Part shown: one piece after another, positions 1-8,767 of the stretch | Layout of the letters: the number at the start of each line of letters is the position of its first letter | Position numbering within the stretch: position 1 is the stretch's first letter | Assembly (NCBI GenBank): GCA_047618365.1 | Contig: JBLHLM010000001.1 | Location: 9,254-73,253, forward strand | Reading direction: 5' to 3' | DNA length: 64,000 bases | DNA from: Candidatus Poriferisodalaceae bacterium | GTDB taxonomy: Bacteria > Actinomycetota > Acidimicrobiia > Acidimicrobiales > Poriferisodalaceae | Position numbers and translations under genes: made by a program | Notes under the pieces: generated by a model | Told to the model about the DNA's origin: nothing | What the model saw: the letters and a program-made list of their open reading frames with translations, nothing else | The model's database searches: none

Positions 1-549
1 GAGGGTTGCGTCAGCGGGAATGGCAGCGCCAGCGCCAGAAGCGCCGTAGCCGAGACTGGGCGGGATAACGACGACTCGACGGCCACCCTCAGCCATGCCG
101 ACCAGGCCCTGATCGAAGCCGGGAATCACCGCACCCGTGCCGACCGGCACCATAAACGTCGCGTCCCGGTCCCAGCTGTTGTCGAATTCGGTTCCGTCGG
201 TCAAGAGGCCGACATAATGGATTTCGGCGAGGTCACCTTGGGCAGCGGCGAGTCCCGTCCCGACCGTCGTGTCGCTCAGGATCAGATCAGCTGGCTCGCC
301 TGGTTCGGTGATGGTGACCGTTGGTTTGCCAGCATCGTCCGAAGCAGTGACCGGTGCCGAGGCTGCGTCAGTGAGCGTGCCCTGGGGCGAACCCTCGGAT
401 GCTTCGGTGGTGGGTGCCGCTGCTGTTGTTTCCACAGACTGGCTGGTGTAGTTGGACCCGGCCTCGACGGTCTCGTCGCCGTCGGAGTTCGACGAACAGG
501 CAGCGATGAACAGAACAAGGGAGGTTGCTAGAAGCAGGACTCGACGCAT
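1..549 (-). CDS. FKBP-type peptidyl-prolyl cis-trans isomerase, predicted lipoprotein (C-terminus runs off window start)
   Basis: Own minus-strand translation from ATG 549..547 gives MRRVLLLATSLVLFIAACSS (signal peptide plus lipobox Cys). It continues to EIHYVGLLTDGTEFDNSWDRDATFMVPVGTGAVIPGFDQGLVGMAEGGRRVVVIPPSLGYG, an FKBP domain signature. It is absent from the ORF track because no stop lies inside the window. Confidence 0.85.
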   Translation of the reverse strand, partial: MRRVLLLATSLVLFIAACSSNSDGDETVEAGSNYTSQSVETTAAAPTTEASEGSPQGTLTDAASAPVTASDDAGKPTVTITEPGEPADLILSDTTVGTGLAAAQGDLAEIHYVGLLTDGTEFDNSWDRDATFMVPVGTGAVIPGFDQGLVGMAEGGRRVVVIPPSLGYGASGAGAAIPADATL

Positions 550-595
550 TCCGGGCAGAGTACGGGTCGTCCTACCTCTGGCGACGTCGCCTTGG

Positions 596-984
596 TCAGA
601 AGTTGGACTCGCCGGCCTCAATCGCCCAGTCGCCCAGTCGCTCAGCGCCTCGAGCTTGTCCTGGTCGATTGCGTTGAGGAGCTCGATCTGGGCGTCGTTC
701 ATTGTTCCCATCGGCGACACGTACCAGAGACCGTCGTTCTCGACTGTCTTGATGCCGACCTCGGGCGTCCGGCTGAAGATGTTGAGATCTGGAGCGTCGA
801 CGCCGATCGCGTCTCGCATGAGCTCGTCGATTTCGTCGGTGCAGATGCTCTGGGTTTCGCTGTCGCTTTCACTGCTCACCACCAGGATGAAACACTCGGC
901 TTCGTAGGTCACGTCTATGCGGCCGTCGGCCATGACGAGCTCGGCGGTGGCGACGCCATCGATGTAGTCGACTGACGCCGTGAC
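596..984 (-). pseudogene. C-terminal continuation of the 985..2013 protein, cut off by an in-frame TAG and frameshifted by an 8-bp tandem duplication
   Basis: Same codon phase as 985..2013, with high third-position GC. It translates VTASVDYIDGVATAELVMADGRIDVTYEAECFILVVSSESDSETQSICTDEIDELMRDAIGVDAPDLNIFSRTPEVGIKTVENDGLWYVSPMGTMNDAQIELLNAIDQDKLEALSDWA. ENDGLWYVSP parallels ERGGRWFVSL in the upstream part, which looks like a second copy of a module. Deleting one copy of the 8-bp repeat at 623..638 restores SDWAIEAGESNF-stop at 596..598. Confidence 0.5.
623..638. repeat. perfect 8-bp tandem duplication cgcccagt x2
   Basis: Read directly: atCGCCCAGTCGCCCAGTcg. It lies about 25 nt upstream (gene sense) of the stop that the unduplicated frame would use. 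Confidence 0.9.
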
Positions 985-2013
985 CTAGTCGCTGGTGAGG
1001 TTGATGCGACCGCCGTGGATGGTGACCATCGGGCCGCCTCGGTGCTCTTTCGATTCGAGCCCGATTCGGGCGAGCCCGATCTCGACGCCGGATCCAGCGA
1101 GTTCGGCTTCGGCGAACGCCGCTTCAGCATCAGCGATGAACAACGGCGCGTAGTCCTGAAGGGCTTCAGCCTCGTCCGGCGACAGCAACTCGAGCATGCG
1201 GCGAATGTCGAACCTCAGCCCGCTCTGGATCGTCTCCTCGACTGCTGCTTCTGCGGATTCAGCCCCACGAGCCTGGATTCGGTCGTTGAGGTCGGGAAGG
1301 GGGTAGCCGGCCTGCGTTCGGGCAGCTTCGGCAACGGTGTACCAGAGGCTGACGAACCAACGTCCGCCGCGCTCCACCACGATGATGCCTTCTTCGACGT
1401 TGCCGTCCTCAGTGGCGTTCCCGGTCTCAACGACCGGCTCGGGGTCGAGGGTGCCAGCTGGCAAACGGTCTAGGACCAGGCGGCCCAACGGAGCATCGGT
1501 CGCGGTGATGACTACCGTGGTGGTGCCGCCGGTGATCGACACCATCGTCATGTCGTCCCTGATTGGGGAAGCGGCGTAGGTCATGTTTTCGAACTCGAGA
1601 TCGATGCCCGGGATCGCTGACAACTCCCTGTCGAGGTCGAGCACTTCGAGGCGCTGTAACTCACCGATCATGTCCATCACCGGTTCGATCATCGTCTCTC
1701 GCTCGGACGGCAAGAGCAGCTCTGCGGCTGAGATCATGTCCTCGTTGCCGATCGCCGCGATCATTTCGTCGACGGCTTCTTCAGGGCTTGAGGCTCCGCC
1801 ACTGGCGGTGGCGCTGCCTCCTAGAGCGAAGCCGGCGGCGATGGCAGCGACGAGCAGGGCAATCAGCCCGACACCGAGGAGCAAGCGACTCTTCGATCCT
1901 CCTGTTGATGTTGAGGCGGGCCTCCAGCGGCGACCTGGCGACGCCGATCGTAGAGACAATAGCGACGGCTGCTGGCACGAGACACGTTGATGCTGCCAGT
2001 CGCTCGCGGCCAA
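985..2013 (-). CDS. membrane-anchored hypothetical protein (one TM, extracytoplasmic repeated module), apparently truncated by TAG 985..987
   Basis: ORF track 342 aa with TM LLLGVGLIALLVAAIAAGFALGG followed by an acidic soluble domain. High GC3 begins around the TTG at 1884, so the true start may be about 1884. Overlap with 1781..2218 is unresolved. Confidence 0.6.
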   Translation of the reverse strand: MAASDWQHQRVSCQQPSLLSLRSASPGRRWRPASTSTGGSKSRLLLGVGLIALLVAAIAAGFALGGSATASGGASSPEEAVDEMIAAIGNEDMISAAELLLPSERETMIEPVMDMIGELQRLEVLDLDRELSAIPGIDLEFENMTYAASPIRDDMTMVSITGGTTTVVITATDAPLGRLVLDRLPAGTLDPEPVVETGNATEDGNVEEGIIVVERGGRWFVSLWYTVAEAARTQAGYPLPDLNDRIQARGAESAEAAVEETIQSGLRFDIRRMLELLSPDEAEALQDYAPLFIADAEAAFAEAELAGSGVEIGLARIGLESKEHRGGPMVTIHGGRINLTSD

Positions 2014-2218
2014 CGGATGCCAGCACCCACGCCGAGGCCGTCAGCACCGGGATGATGAGGAAACCAATCAACATCCAGTCGACAATCGCTGAGTCGCCGA
2101 CGCCGAGTCGACGTGCGCTCATGGCCCAGGGGAGGAAAAGGTTCGCTGTAAGGGCCACTGACAAGGCAACGGCGACCCACACCCTTGTCGAAACTTTGGT
2201 TTCTGTTGTCCGGGCCAT
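1781..2218 (-). CDS. small integral membrane protein, hypothetical
   Basis: ORF track 1781..2290 trimmed to MARTTETKVSTRVWVAVALSVALTANLF, just downstream of the ilvA stop. About 3 hydrophobic helices. GC3 drops in the last ~100 nt, where the 985..2013 frame takes over, so either an overlap or another frameshift is possible. Confidence 0.4.
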   Translation of the reverse strand: MARTTETKVSTRVWVAVALSVALTANLFLPWAMSARRLGVGDSAIVDWMLIGFLIIPVLTASAWVLASVGRERLAASTCLVPAAVAIVSTIGVARSPLEARLNINRRIEESLAPRCRADCPARRCHRRRLRSRRQRHRQWRSLKP

Positions 2219-2258
2219 CACCTCTTCCAAAGTAGAGAGAGTCTCGACCAGTCGGCCG

Positions 2259-3476
2259 TCAAGTGTTGCGCCCCACTTCGTAGCCGGCATTCGACAGCTG
2301 CTTCACGACACTGTCGGCGTGGTCTCGGTCTCTGGTTTCGATCGCAACCTCGAGCACAGCTCCCTTGGCATCGAGGCCGCTCCACATCCGTTGGTGAATC
2401 ACCTCGACCACGTTGGCGCCAGCGTTTCCGACAATCATCGACACCCGAGCCAACTCGCCGGGGACGTCGCGAAGGCTGATGATCAGGCGGCTCAGCCTGC
2501 CGGTGCGGATGAGGCTGCGCTGCAACACGTTGGAGAGGAGCAGCGAGTCGATGTTGCCGCCGCTCAGGACGAGTGCGACCGTGCGTCCTTGGAACCGATC
2601 GGGGTGTTCGAGGAGCGCAGCGAGGCCCGCCGCTCCGGCGCCCTCACAGACCGTCTTTTCGATCTCGATGAGCAGGGCGACGGCTTCTTCGATCCGGCCC
2701 TCGGACACCAACAACATGTCGTCGACGAGAGCCTTGATGATCGGCATGGTCAACGCTCCAGGCTGAGCGACAGCTATGCCTTCGGCGATGGTCTGGCCGC
2801 CTAGGCTGGAAGGGATATCGCCGTGGAAGTCGTCGGTTGCGCCAGTCCATCGGTCTGCCTGCACGCCAATCACCTCAGTGCCGGGTGCGCGAGCAGCGAT
2901 TGAGGTTGCCATGCCGGCGATGAGTCCGCCGCCGCCGACGGGTACTAGAACGGCGTCGAACTCGGGACCGTCTTCCAGTAGCTCGATGGCGACGGTTCCC
3001 TGGCCGGCGATGACTGCCGGGTCGTCGTAAGGGGCGACGAAGGTGAGGCCTTTCACTTCTTGTATCTCCAAGGCGTGGGCCAAGGCACTCGGAAAGTCTT
3101 CGCCTTCGAGAACAACCTCGGCGCCGAGGGCCATGGTGTTGGCCACCTTCACGTTGGGTGTGAAACGGGGCATAACGATGGTTGCTGGGATGCCCAAACG
3201 TGTTGCGTGGTATGCGACACCCTGGGCATGGTTTCCGGCGCTGACAGCAAGCACCCCAGCCTGTCGTTGCTTCTCGTCGAGCTGCATCAGTCGCCACAGC
3301 GAGCCGCGGTCTTTGAACGAGGCCGTGTATTGGTGGTTCTCGAACTTGAGCCACACTTCGGCGCCAGTGATGGCCGACAGGGTCCGCGAGTGTGTGGTGG
3401 GCGTGCGAACAATCTGATCAGCGATCCCTTTGTGGGCGGCATCGACGTCGGCCGAAACAATCGCCGGCCGACTCAT
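2259..3476 (-). CDS. ilvA: threonine ammonia-lyase (threonine dehydratase), PLP-dependent with C-terminal ACT-like domain
   Basis: Motifs KFENHQYTASFKDRG (PLP Lys), SAGNHAQGVAY and VPVGGGGLIAG. Trimmed to MSRPAIVSADV; its ATG overlaps the upstream stop as ATGA at 3473..3476. Confidence 0.9.
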   Translation of the reverse strand: MSRPAIVSADVDAAHKGIADQIVRTPTTHSRTLSAITGAEVWLKFENHQYTASFKDRGSLWRLMQLDEKQRQAGVLAVSAGNHAQGVAYHATRLGIPATIVMPRFTPNVKVANTMALGAEVVLEGEDFPSALAHALEIQEVKGLTFVAPYDDPAVIAGQGTVAIELLEDGPEFDAVLVPVGGGGLIAGMATSIAARAPGTEVIGVQADRWTGATDDFHGDIPSSLGGQTIAEGIAVAQPGALTMPIIKALVDDMLLVSEGRIEEAVALLIEIEKTVCEGAGAAGLAALLEHPDRFQGRTVALVLSGGNIDSLLLSNVLQRSLIRTGRLSRLIISLRDVPGELARVSMIVGNAGANVVEVIHQRMWSGLDAKGAVLEVAIETRDRDHADSVVKQLSNAGYEVGRNT

Positions 3477-4206
3477 CGGACCAGTTTTCGGATGGCCCGC
3501 AGGTGGTCGCTCGCATGGTTCTTCGTGACGATCACGACGTCGTCGAAGCCGAGCTCGTCGAGCATGGCAAGTCGTTCTCTCGCTTCCCCGGGACTGCATC
3601 GAAGATGCACGGGGCCGGTGGGATCGAACGTGTTGTCGGTTGCTGTGAGATCGACGTCGATGTTGGTGATGACGGCTCGGCTGCCACCGGCAGCTCGGAA
3701 GCGGTTGATGCCGTCTCGCGCATCGGGGAGCGTTGCCTTGGCACCCGAAGCGATCCAGCCATCGTGGTCAGTCGGGAATCTCCAGGGCCCTCATTCGCGA
3801 GCGCAACCTTCAGGTCTGCGAGACCGTCGGCGAAGCGGCGATGACGTTCCTCGAAGGGCACGCCGACGGCGTCGAAGTCAGCTTTGGTGCTGCCAGCGCC
3901 CACGCCGAGCTGCAGGCGATCTCCGGCGATCAGGTGAGTGGTCATGATCCGATGAGCGAGTTCGACAGGTCGTCTGAGCGGCACCTGAAGGATGCACGTT
4001 CCGACGTCCACGGAATCGGTGACGGTGGCAGCGACGGCCAGGGCGATTAGAGGGTCAGGGAGGGCAATGCCGCGACCGATCGCATCGAAGGTCCAGATCG
4101 ATTCGAAACCCTCACCCGCGAGGCGGCGGGAGGCGTCAGCGATCGTGGATCCGACCAACGGGCCACCGCTGGGGTCTGTAAACGGGAGGGATGCACCGAG
4201 TCTCAT
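3473..4206 (-). pseudogene. LLM-class (luciferase-like, F420/flavin-dependent) oxidoreductase carrying a 1-nt frameshift
   Basis: The N-terminal part is from ORF 3532..4227 (MRLGASLPF...QLGVGAGS...). After ...KVALANEG that frame turns into low-complexity sequence. The adjacent frame reads PWRFPTDHDGWIASGAKATLPDARDGINRFRAAGGSRAVITNIDVDLTATDNTFDPTGPVHLRCSPGEARERLAMLDELGFDDVVIVTKNHASDHLRAIRKLVR-stop at 3473..3475. Total length is 734 nt, not a multiple of 3. The switch lies at GGGCCC 3785..3790. Confidence 0.7.
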
Positions 4207-4273
4207 GTGATGAGCGTGCCATGGCATCGGTCGACGCCGCGCCTAGCCGGGCAATCTCGGGCATGATCGTTCA

Positions 4274-5347
4274 GTGACACCTTTGCCGTCTGGACCTGCC
4301 GACATCGATTCCTCGTGGTTGACGTCCGCTCTTGGATTGGACGGCGAAGTCGTCGCCTTCACAGCGCAACAGATAGGTACCGGACAGGTTGGGGCCAACT
4401 TCCGCTATGCGCTGGAATGGTCAGAGTCGACTGAGGAACTGCCAACTTCGGTGGTCGTGAAGCTTGCTTCGCTCGACGCGCAGAGTCGCCAGACCGGCGT
4501 CGACACTCTGACCTATGAGCGAGAGGTTGCGTTCTACCGTGACGTTGCCCACACGGTCGACATCTGTCATCCACACGCATTTCACGTCGACATCGAGTCC
4601 GGCACAGCGAACGTCGTAGTCGTGATGGAGGATCTGGCCCCACGAGAACAAGGCGACCAGCTCGCCGGGTGTTCCGCAGCCCACGCCGAACGCGCCGTGG
4701 TCGAGGCCGCCCGGCTTCATGGACCGAGGTGGGGCGATGAATCCCTCCATGACATCGAGTGGTTGTCGCGGCGCAACGCCGACACCGTTGGAGCTGCAAC
4801 CGAGGGCTTGCAGATGCTGTATCCGATGTTCGTTGAGCGATACGGCGACCGCCTGTCAGCCGAAGCGCGCGAAGCCGGTGACCAGCTCATACCTAGGGTG
4901 CGCGATTGGTTCGAGAATGCCCCACGGGCAACCACCATCACCCACGGCGATTACCGGCTCGACAACATGATGTTCGCCGCCCCGGGCTCTTCGATGGATA
5001 GGCCGCTCGTGATCGTCGATTGGCAGACGCCCGGACACAGCCATGGCGCCAACGACGTTGCGTATTTTCTAGGCGCTGGCATGTTTCCCGCCGATCGGGA
5101 AGCCGTCGACGAACAGATGGTCGAGCGCTACCACTCGGAACTGATCAAATACCCCGCTGCATCGCATGTCACCCTGGCTGAGTGCTGGGAGAACTACCGG
5201 CGATACGCGTACAGCGGATTCCTGATGGCTGTGGGCGCCTCAATCATCGTTGGCCAAACGAATCGCGGCGACGAGATGTTCATGGCGATGGCCAATCGCC
5301 ACGCTGCTCAAGCTCTCCACCTCAACAGCGCGGAAATGATCGGCTGA
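4274..5347 (+). CDS. phosphotransferase family protein (APH/choline-kinase-like fold)
   Basis: Contains ITHGDYRLDNMMF (HxDxxxxN catalytic loop) and IVDWQ. 357 aa, GTG start. Confidence 0.75.
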   Translation: MTPLPSGPADIDSSWLTSALGLDGEVVAFTAQQIGTGQVGANFRYALEWSESTEELPTSVVVKLASLDAQSRQTGVDTLTYEREVAFYRDVAHTVDICHPHAFHVDIESGTANVVVVMEDLAPREQGDQLAGCSAAHAERAVVEAARLHGPRWGDESLHDIEWLSRRNADTVGAATEGLQMLYPMFVERYGDRLSAEAREAGDQLIPRVRDWFENAPRATTITHGDYRLDNMMFAAPGSSMDRPLVIVDWQTPGHSHGANDVAYFLGAGMFPADREAVDEQMVERYHSELIKYPAASHVTLAECWENYRRYAYSGFLMAVGASIIVGQTNRGDEMFMAMANRHAAQALHLNSAEMIG

Positions 5348-5370
5348 AACCTAGGAGCTCTGGCCTCGCG

Positions 5371-6552
5371 CTAGGCCCAGGGCACGCCTTCGTAGGGATC
5401 GCGCACCAGCTTGCGAGCGACGACCATACGATGCACTTCGTCGGGCCCGTCGTAGAGGCGGGCGTAGCGCGCTTCGCGATACATGAACTCGAGCGGCGTA
5501 TCGCTCGTGACGCCCATCGCGCCGTGCACCTGAATGGCTCGGTCGATCACGTTGTGGAGCATGCGGGCTCCGTAAAACTTGATGAGGCTGATCTCTGTCC
5601 GAGCTTCGCTACCGCTGTCGATGGCTCGGGCGGCGTCGAGGGTCATCATCCGACACGCCTGAATCTCAGCTGCCGATTCGGCGATCATGGCCTGAATATC
5701 GCCCTTGTCCGCCAGGTAGCTACCATGGGCAAAACGAGTCTTGGCCCGTTCACACATGAGTTCGAAGGCTCGCTCGGCCTGGCCCAACCAGCGCATGCAA
5801 TGGAAAATTCTTCCCGGGCCCAGCCGCTTTTGGGCTATGTGGAACCCTTGGCCTCGATCGCCGAGCAGATTCTCGTAGGGCACACGAACGTCGTTGTAGT
5901 TCACTTCACAGTGATTGCCGCCGGTGTGTCCCATCGTCGGCACTACCCGGACGATGTCGTAACCGGCGGTGTCAGTGGGGACGATGATGGAGCTGAACTT
6001 GGCGTGCTTCTCGGCGTCGTGTTCGGTGATCGCGAAGACCGTGGTGAACGCGGCCTTGTTGGCGCCCGACGTGAACCACTTGTGGCCGTTGATCACCCAT
6101 TCGTCTCCGTCGAGTATCGCCGAAGCCTGCATGAGAGTTGGGTCTGACCCAGCGACCTCGGGTTCGGTGAGACCCACCGAGGGGTAGATGTCTCCAGCGA
6201 CGAGGGGAGTGAGGAAGCGGTTGCGTTGCTCATCGCTGGCGTAGAGATGCAGCATGATCGAATCCTGCATCGAGAGGCTGCCGACTGCCCATTGGCCCCA
6301 ATGGGATCGGCCGATGACTTCGTTGAGGTACACGAAGTCCATGAACGGCAGGCCGCCTCCACCGATCTCGGCAGGGTGGCCAAGGGCCCAGAGTCCAGCT
6401 TCTTTGCCGAGTCGTTTCAGGTCGGCAGCGGTGCTTTCGCTCGTCTCGTCCTCACGCATGAGAACGGGCTCAGTTGGGATGACAACGTCGTTGACGAACG
6501 ATCGCATTCTGTCTTTGAGTTCGCGAAGTTCCGGTGACAGCTGATCGACCAT
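5371..6552 (-). CDS. acyl-CoA dehydrogenase family protein
   Basis: LTEPEVAGSDP, INGHKWFTSGA and a C-terminal YDGPDEVH helix region. Trimmed to MVDQLSPELRELK. Confidence 0.9.
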   Translation of the reverse strand: MVDQLSPELRELKDRMRSFVNDVVIPTEPVLMREDETSESTAADLKRLGKEAGLWALGHPAEIGGGGLPFMDFVYLNEVIGRSHWGQWAVGSLSMQDSIMLHLYASDEQRNRFLTPLVAGDIYPSVGLTEPEVAGSDPTLMQASAILDGDEWVINGHKWFTSGANKAAFTTVFAITEHDAEKHAKFSSIIVPTDTAGYDIVRVVPTMGHTGGNHCEVNYNDVRVPYENLLGDRGQGFHIAQKRLGPGRIFHCMRWLGQAERAFELMCERAKTRFAHGSYLADKGDIQAMIAESAAEIQACRMMTLDAARAIDSGSEARTEISLIKFYGARMLHNVIDRAIQVHGAMGVTSDTPLEFMYREARYARLYDGPDEVHRMVVARKLVRDPYEGVPWA

Positions 6553-6638
6553 TGTTTCCCCCGGTAGTCGTGAAGATCGGTTGTATCCCCGCAGGAAGTC
6601 TTGCAGCTCTGGCCCTACGCTGGCACCAGGGGGCAAAG

Positions 6639-7733
6639 ATGAACGCACGCGCAGCTGTTTTGTACGCACCACGGGACCTACAAGTTGAGTCCTTCGAGGT
6701 GCCCGATGTGGGAGTCGACGATGCGATCCTCAGGGTCGAAGCCTGCGGTTTGTGCGGGACCGATCACGAGCTGTACACCGGCTCGATGTCGGCTCCGTAT
6801 CCGATCATTCCGGGTCACGAATCCGTGGGCATCATCGAAGACATCGGGCCAGAGGCAGCCGAGCGATGGGGAGTTTCGGTCGGTGATCGAGTCGCCCTTG
6901 AGTGCTGGCAATCGTGCCGGGTGTGCGAAGCATGTGTCGCAGGGAAGTATCGACGCTGCAGCGAACACGGACAGACCGACATCTACGGGCTGAAGTCCTC
7001 TGCCACTCGTCCCGCTCTCTTCGGGGGTTATGCGACCCATCACTATCTCTCACCCGACTCGCTGGTCCTGCCGGTTCCCGACGTGCTTGATCCGGTCGAG
7101 GCAACGCTATTCAATCCGCTTGGTGCTGGCATCAAGTGGGGGGTTGAAGTCCCAGGGACCGGACCAGGCGACATCGTTGCGGTCCTGGGCCCGGGCATCA
7201 GAGGATTGTGCGCGGTCGCCGCAGCCAAGGAGGCCGGGGCCGACTTTGTCATGGTGACCGGCTACGGCGACCGAGACCACCCACGGCTCGAACTTGCCTC
7301 TGCTTTCGGTGCCGACCTCGTCGTCGACGTGGCGACGAACGATCTTGCAAAGGAGCTGCGAGCCGCCACGGGGGGTCGGCTCGCCGATGTGGTCGTCGAC
7401 GTCACCGCCAACGCGCCAGCCGCGTTCGGGCAGGCTGTTCGTGTGGCCGCCGTTGGCGCTCGTCTGGTGTTCGCTGGGGTGCGAGGTTCGCGCGAGACGC
7501 CTGGCTTGAATCCTGACGCCATCATGTACAAAGAACTCACGATTATGGGCACCCTGGGAGTTGATGCCCCGGTGTACCGCCAAGCCCTCGAGCTGCTCGC
7601 CACCCGCAAGTTCCCGTTCGATCTGCTGACCCGAAGGGTCGTCGGCCTTGAGGAGGCAGGCGACCTTCTCAACTCGATGGCTGGGAACAGTTCGGAGCCT
7701 CCGCCGGTGCACGGTGTGATTGTCCCGGCCTGA
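6639..7733 (+). CDS. zinc-dependent alcohol dehydrogenase (MDR family)
   Basis: EACGLCGTDHE, PGHESVG, CxxCxxCxxxxxxxC structural zinc loop (CRVCEACVAGKYRRC) and GPGIRGL Rossmann motif. AGGGGG lies 5 nt before the ATG at 6639. Confidence 0.9.
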   Translation: MNARAAVLYAPRDLQVESFEVPDVGVDDAILRVEACGLCGTDHELYTGSMSAPYPIIPGHESVGIIEDIGPEAAERWGVSVGDRVALECWQSCRVCEACVAGKYRRCSEHGQTDIYGLKSSATRPALFGGYATHHYLSPDSLVLPVPDVLDPVEATLFNPLGAGIKWGVEVPGTGPGDIVAVLGPGIRGLCAVAAAKEAGADFVMVTGYGDRDHPRLELASAFGADLVVDVATNDLAKELRAATGGRLADVVVDVTANAPAAFGQAVRVAAVGARLVFAGVRGSRETPGLNPDAIMYKELTIMGTLGVDAPVYRQALELLATRKFPFDLLTRRVVGLEEAGDLLNSMAGNSSEPPPVHGVIVPA

Positions 7734-7750
7734 CTCAAGCGGTCCTCTCG

Positions 7751-8728
7751 TCAGGTTCTCGCCAACCGCCTTCGGATGCCACGTCGACCCTGGCCGGCAA
7801 ACGCTCGGATTCTCGAGATCGATTGCGAGATGGTTCGTCGGGTCAACTCTGTGCGTTGGCGCGACGCGGTGTTCTCGTTTTGGAACGTGAACCCGAAGGA
7901 CGTTGTGACGTAGCCACCCGAAAGCACTCGGAGATGTTGGACGGAATAGGGCGGCCGGTCGACCAGGGCGTTGTCCGGATCGTCGCCCAAGTTGTAGGTC
8001 GTCGTGTTGGCGTACCCGGCGCGGCGAGCCTTCACCGAAAACTCTTCGAGGTCTGATTGGCGATACAGCACCACGGGCCCGAGATCGATGGTGTCGGTTG
8101 TCGAGCTCACGTTGAACTCGGTCGTGTGTACACCAACGCCATCTGGGGCGAGACAGCTCAGAGACTCGCGCACGAACTGGAGTCCTGCATCGAGGCTTCC
8201 GAGGTGCTCGAAGGCGCACGACGACCAGACTGCGTCGAACCCTCGAAGCCGCAGCGGAACCGAACGCATGTCAACCGGGGTGAACGTGACTCGCCGTTCG
8301 AGCTCATCACGCGGGCACAGGTTGAACATGTCGAGCATGTCTGCGTTTGCAGCGTGTTGATCTGAGGAGTCCCAGAAGTCGGTCTCGCTCGCGGTCGCTG
8401 GGAGGTCAGTCGCGGTGATGTTGTGTCCCTGTGACGCAAACCAACCGACGATGGGTTCACGGCCGACACCGAAACCCAACATGTTCATGGGGCGGTTGAG
8501 GCGGATCGCCTGCTGCTCCAGAACTTCGCAGATGTAAGCCCACTCCCAGACCTTGCGGTTCGGGCCGCCGCCAGCACCCAACCGGTGGACCCACTTGTCG
8601 AACACAGGCTCCGTGATCTGTTCCATCGTGCACGGCTGGCTGATCGGCGAGGCAAGGCGGGCCACCGGTCCGGAGGCCTTTACACCTGCGGCGAAATCCA
8701 ACACCCGTTGATCGAAGTCCAGCGGCAT
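7751..8728 (-). CDS. class I SAM-dependent methyltransferase (probable)
   Basis: ORF track 325 aa. MLGFGVGREP (motif I-like), FDAVWSSCAFEHL and LAPDGVGVHT are typical of Methyltransf_11/23-type proteins. Confidence 0.6.
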   Translation of the reverse strand: MPLDFDQRVLDFAAGVKASGPVARLASPISQPCTMEQITEPVFDKWVHRLGAGGGPNRKVWEWAYICEVLEQQAIRLNRPMNMLGFGVGREPIVGWFASQGHNITATDLPATASETDFWDSSDQHAANADMLDMFNLCPRDELERRVTFTPVDMRSVPLRLRGFDAVWSSCAFEHLGSLDAGLQFVRESLSCLAPDGVGVHTTEFNVSSTTDTIDLGPVVLYRQSDLEEFSVKARRAGYANTTTYNLGDDPDNALVDRPPYSVQHLRVLSGGYVTTSFGFTFQNENTASRQRTELTRRTISQSISRIRAFAGQGRRGIRRRLART

Positions 8729-8741
8729 GAGGTGTGAGACT

Positions 8742-8767
8742 AACTGTCCGTATCAACTGTCCGTATC
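8742..8767. repeat. perfect 13-bp tandem duplication aactgtccgtatc x2 spanning the stop of 8753..9400
   Basis: Read directly: tAACTGTCCGTATCAACTGTCCGTATCaataatg. Confidence 0.9.

Noticed and set aside
1-2013. A real fusion protein of the membrane protein and the FKBP isomerase, since the shifted frame is stop-free and in phase with the FKBP ATG.
   Set aside because: The FKBP signal peptide and lipobox only make sense at an N-terminus. The unduplicated sequence also gives a clean stop at 596-598. I regard the phase match as coincidence.
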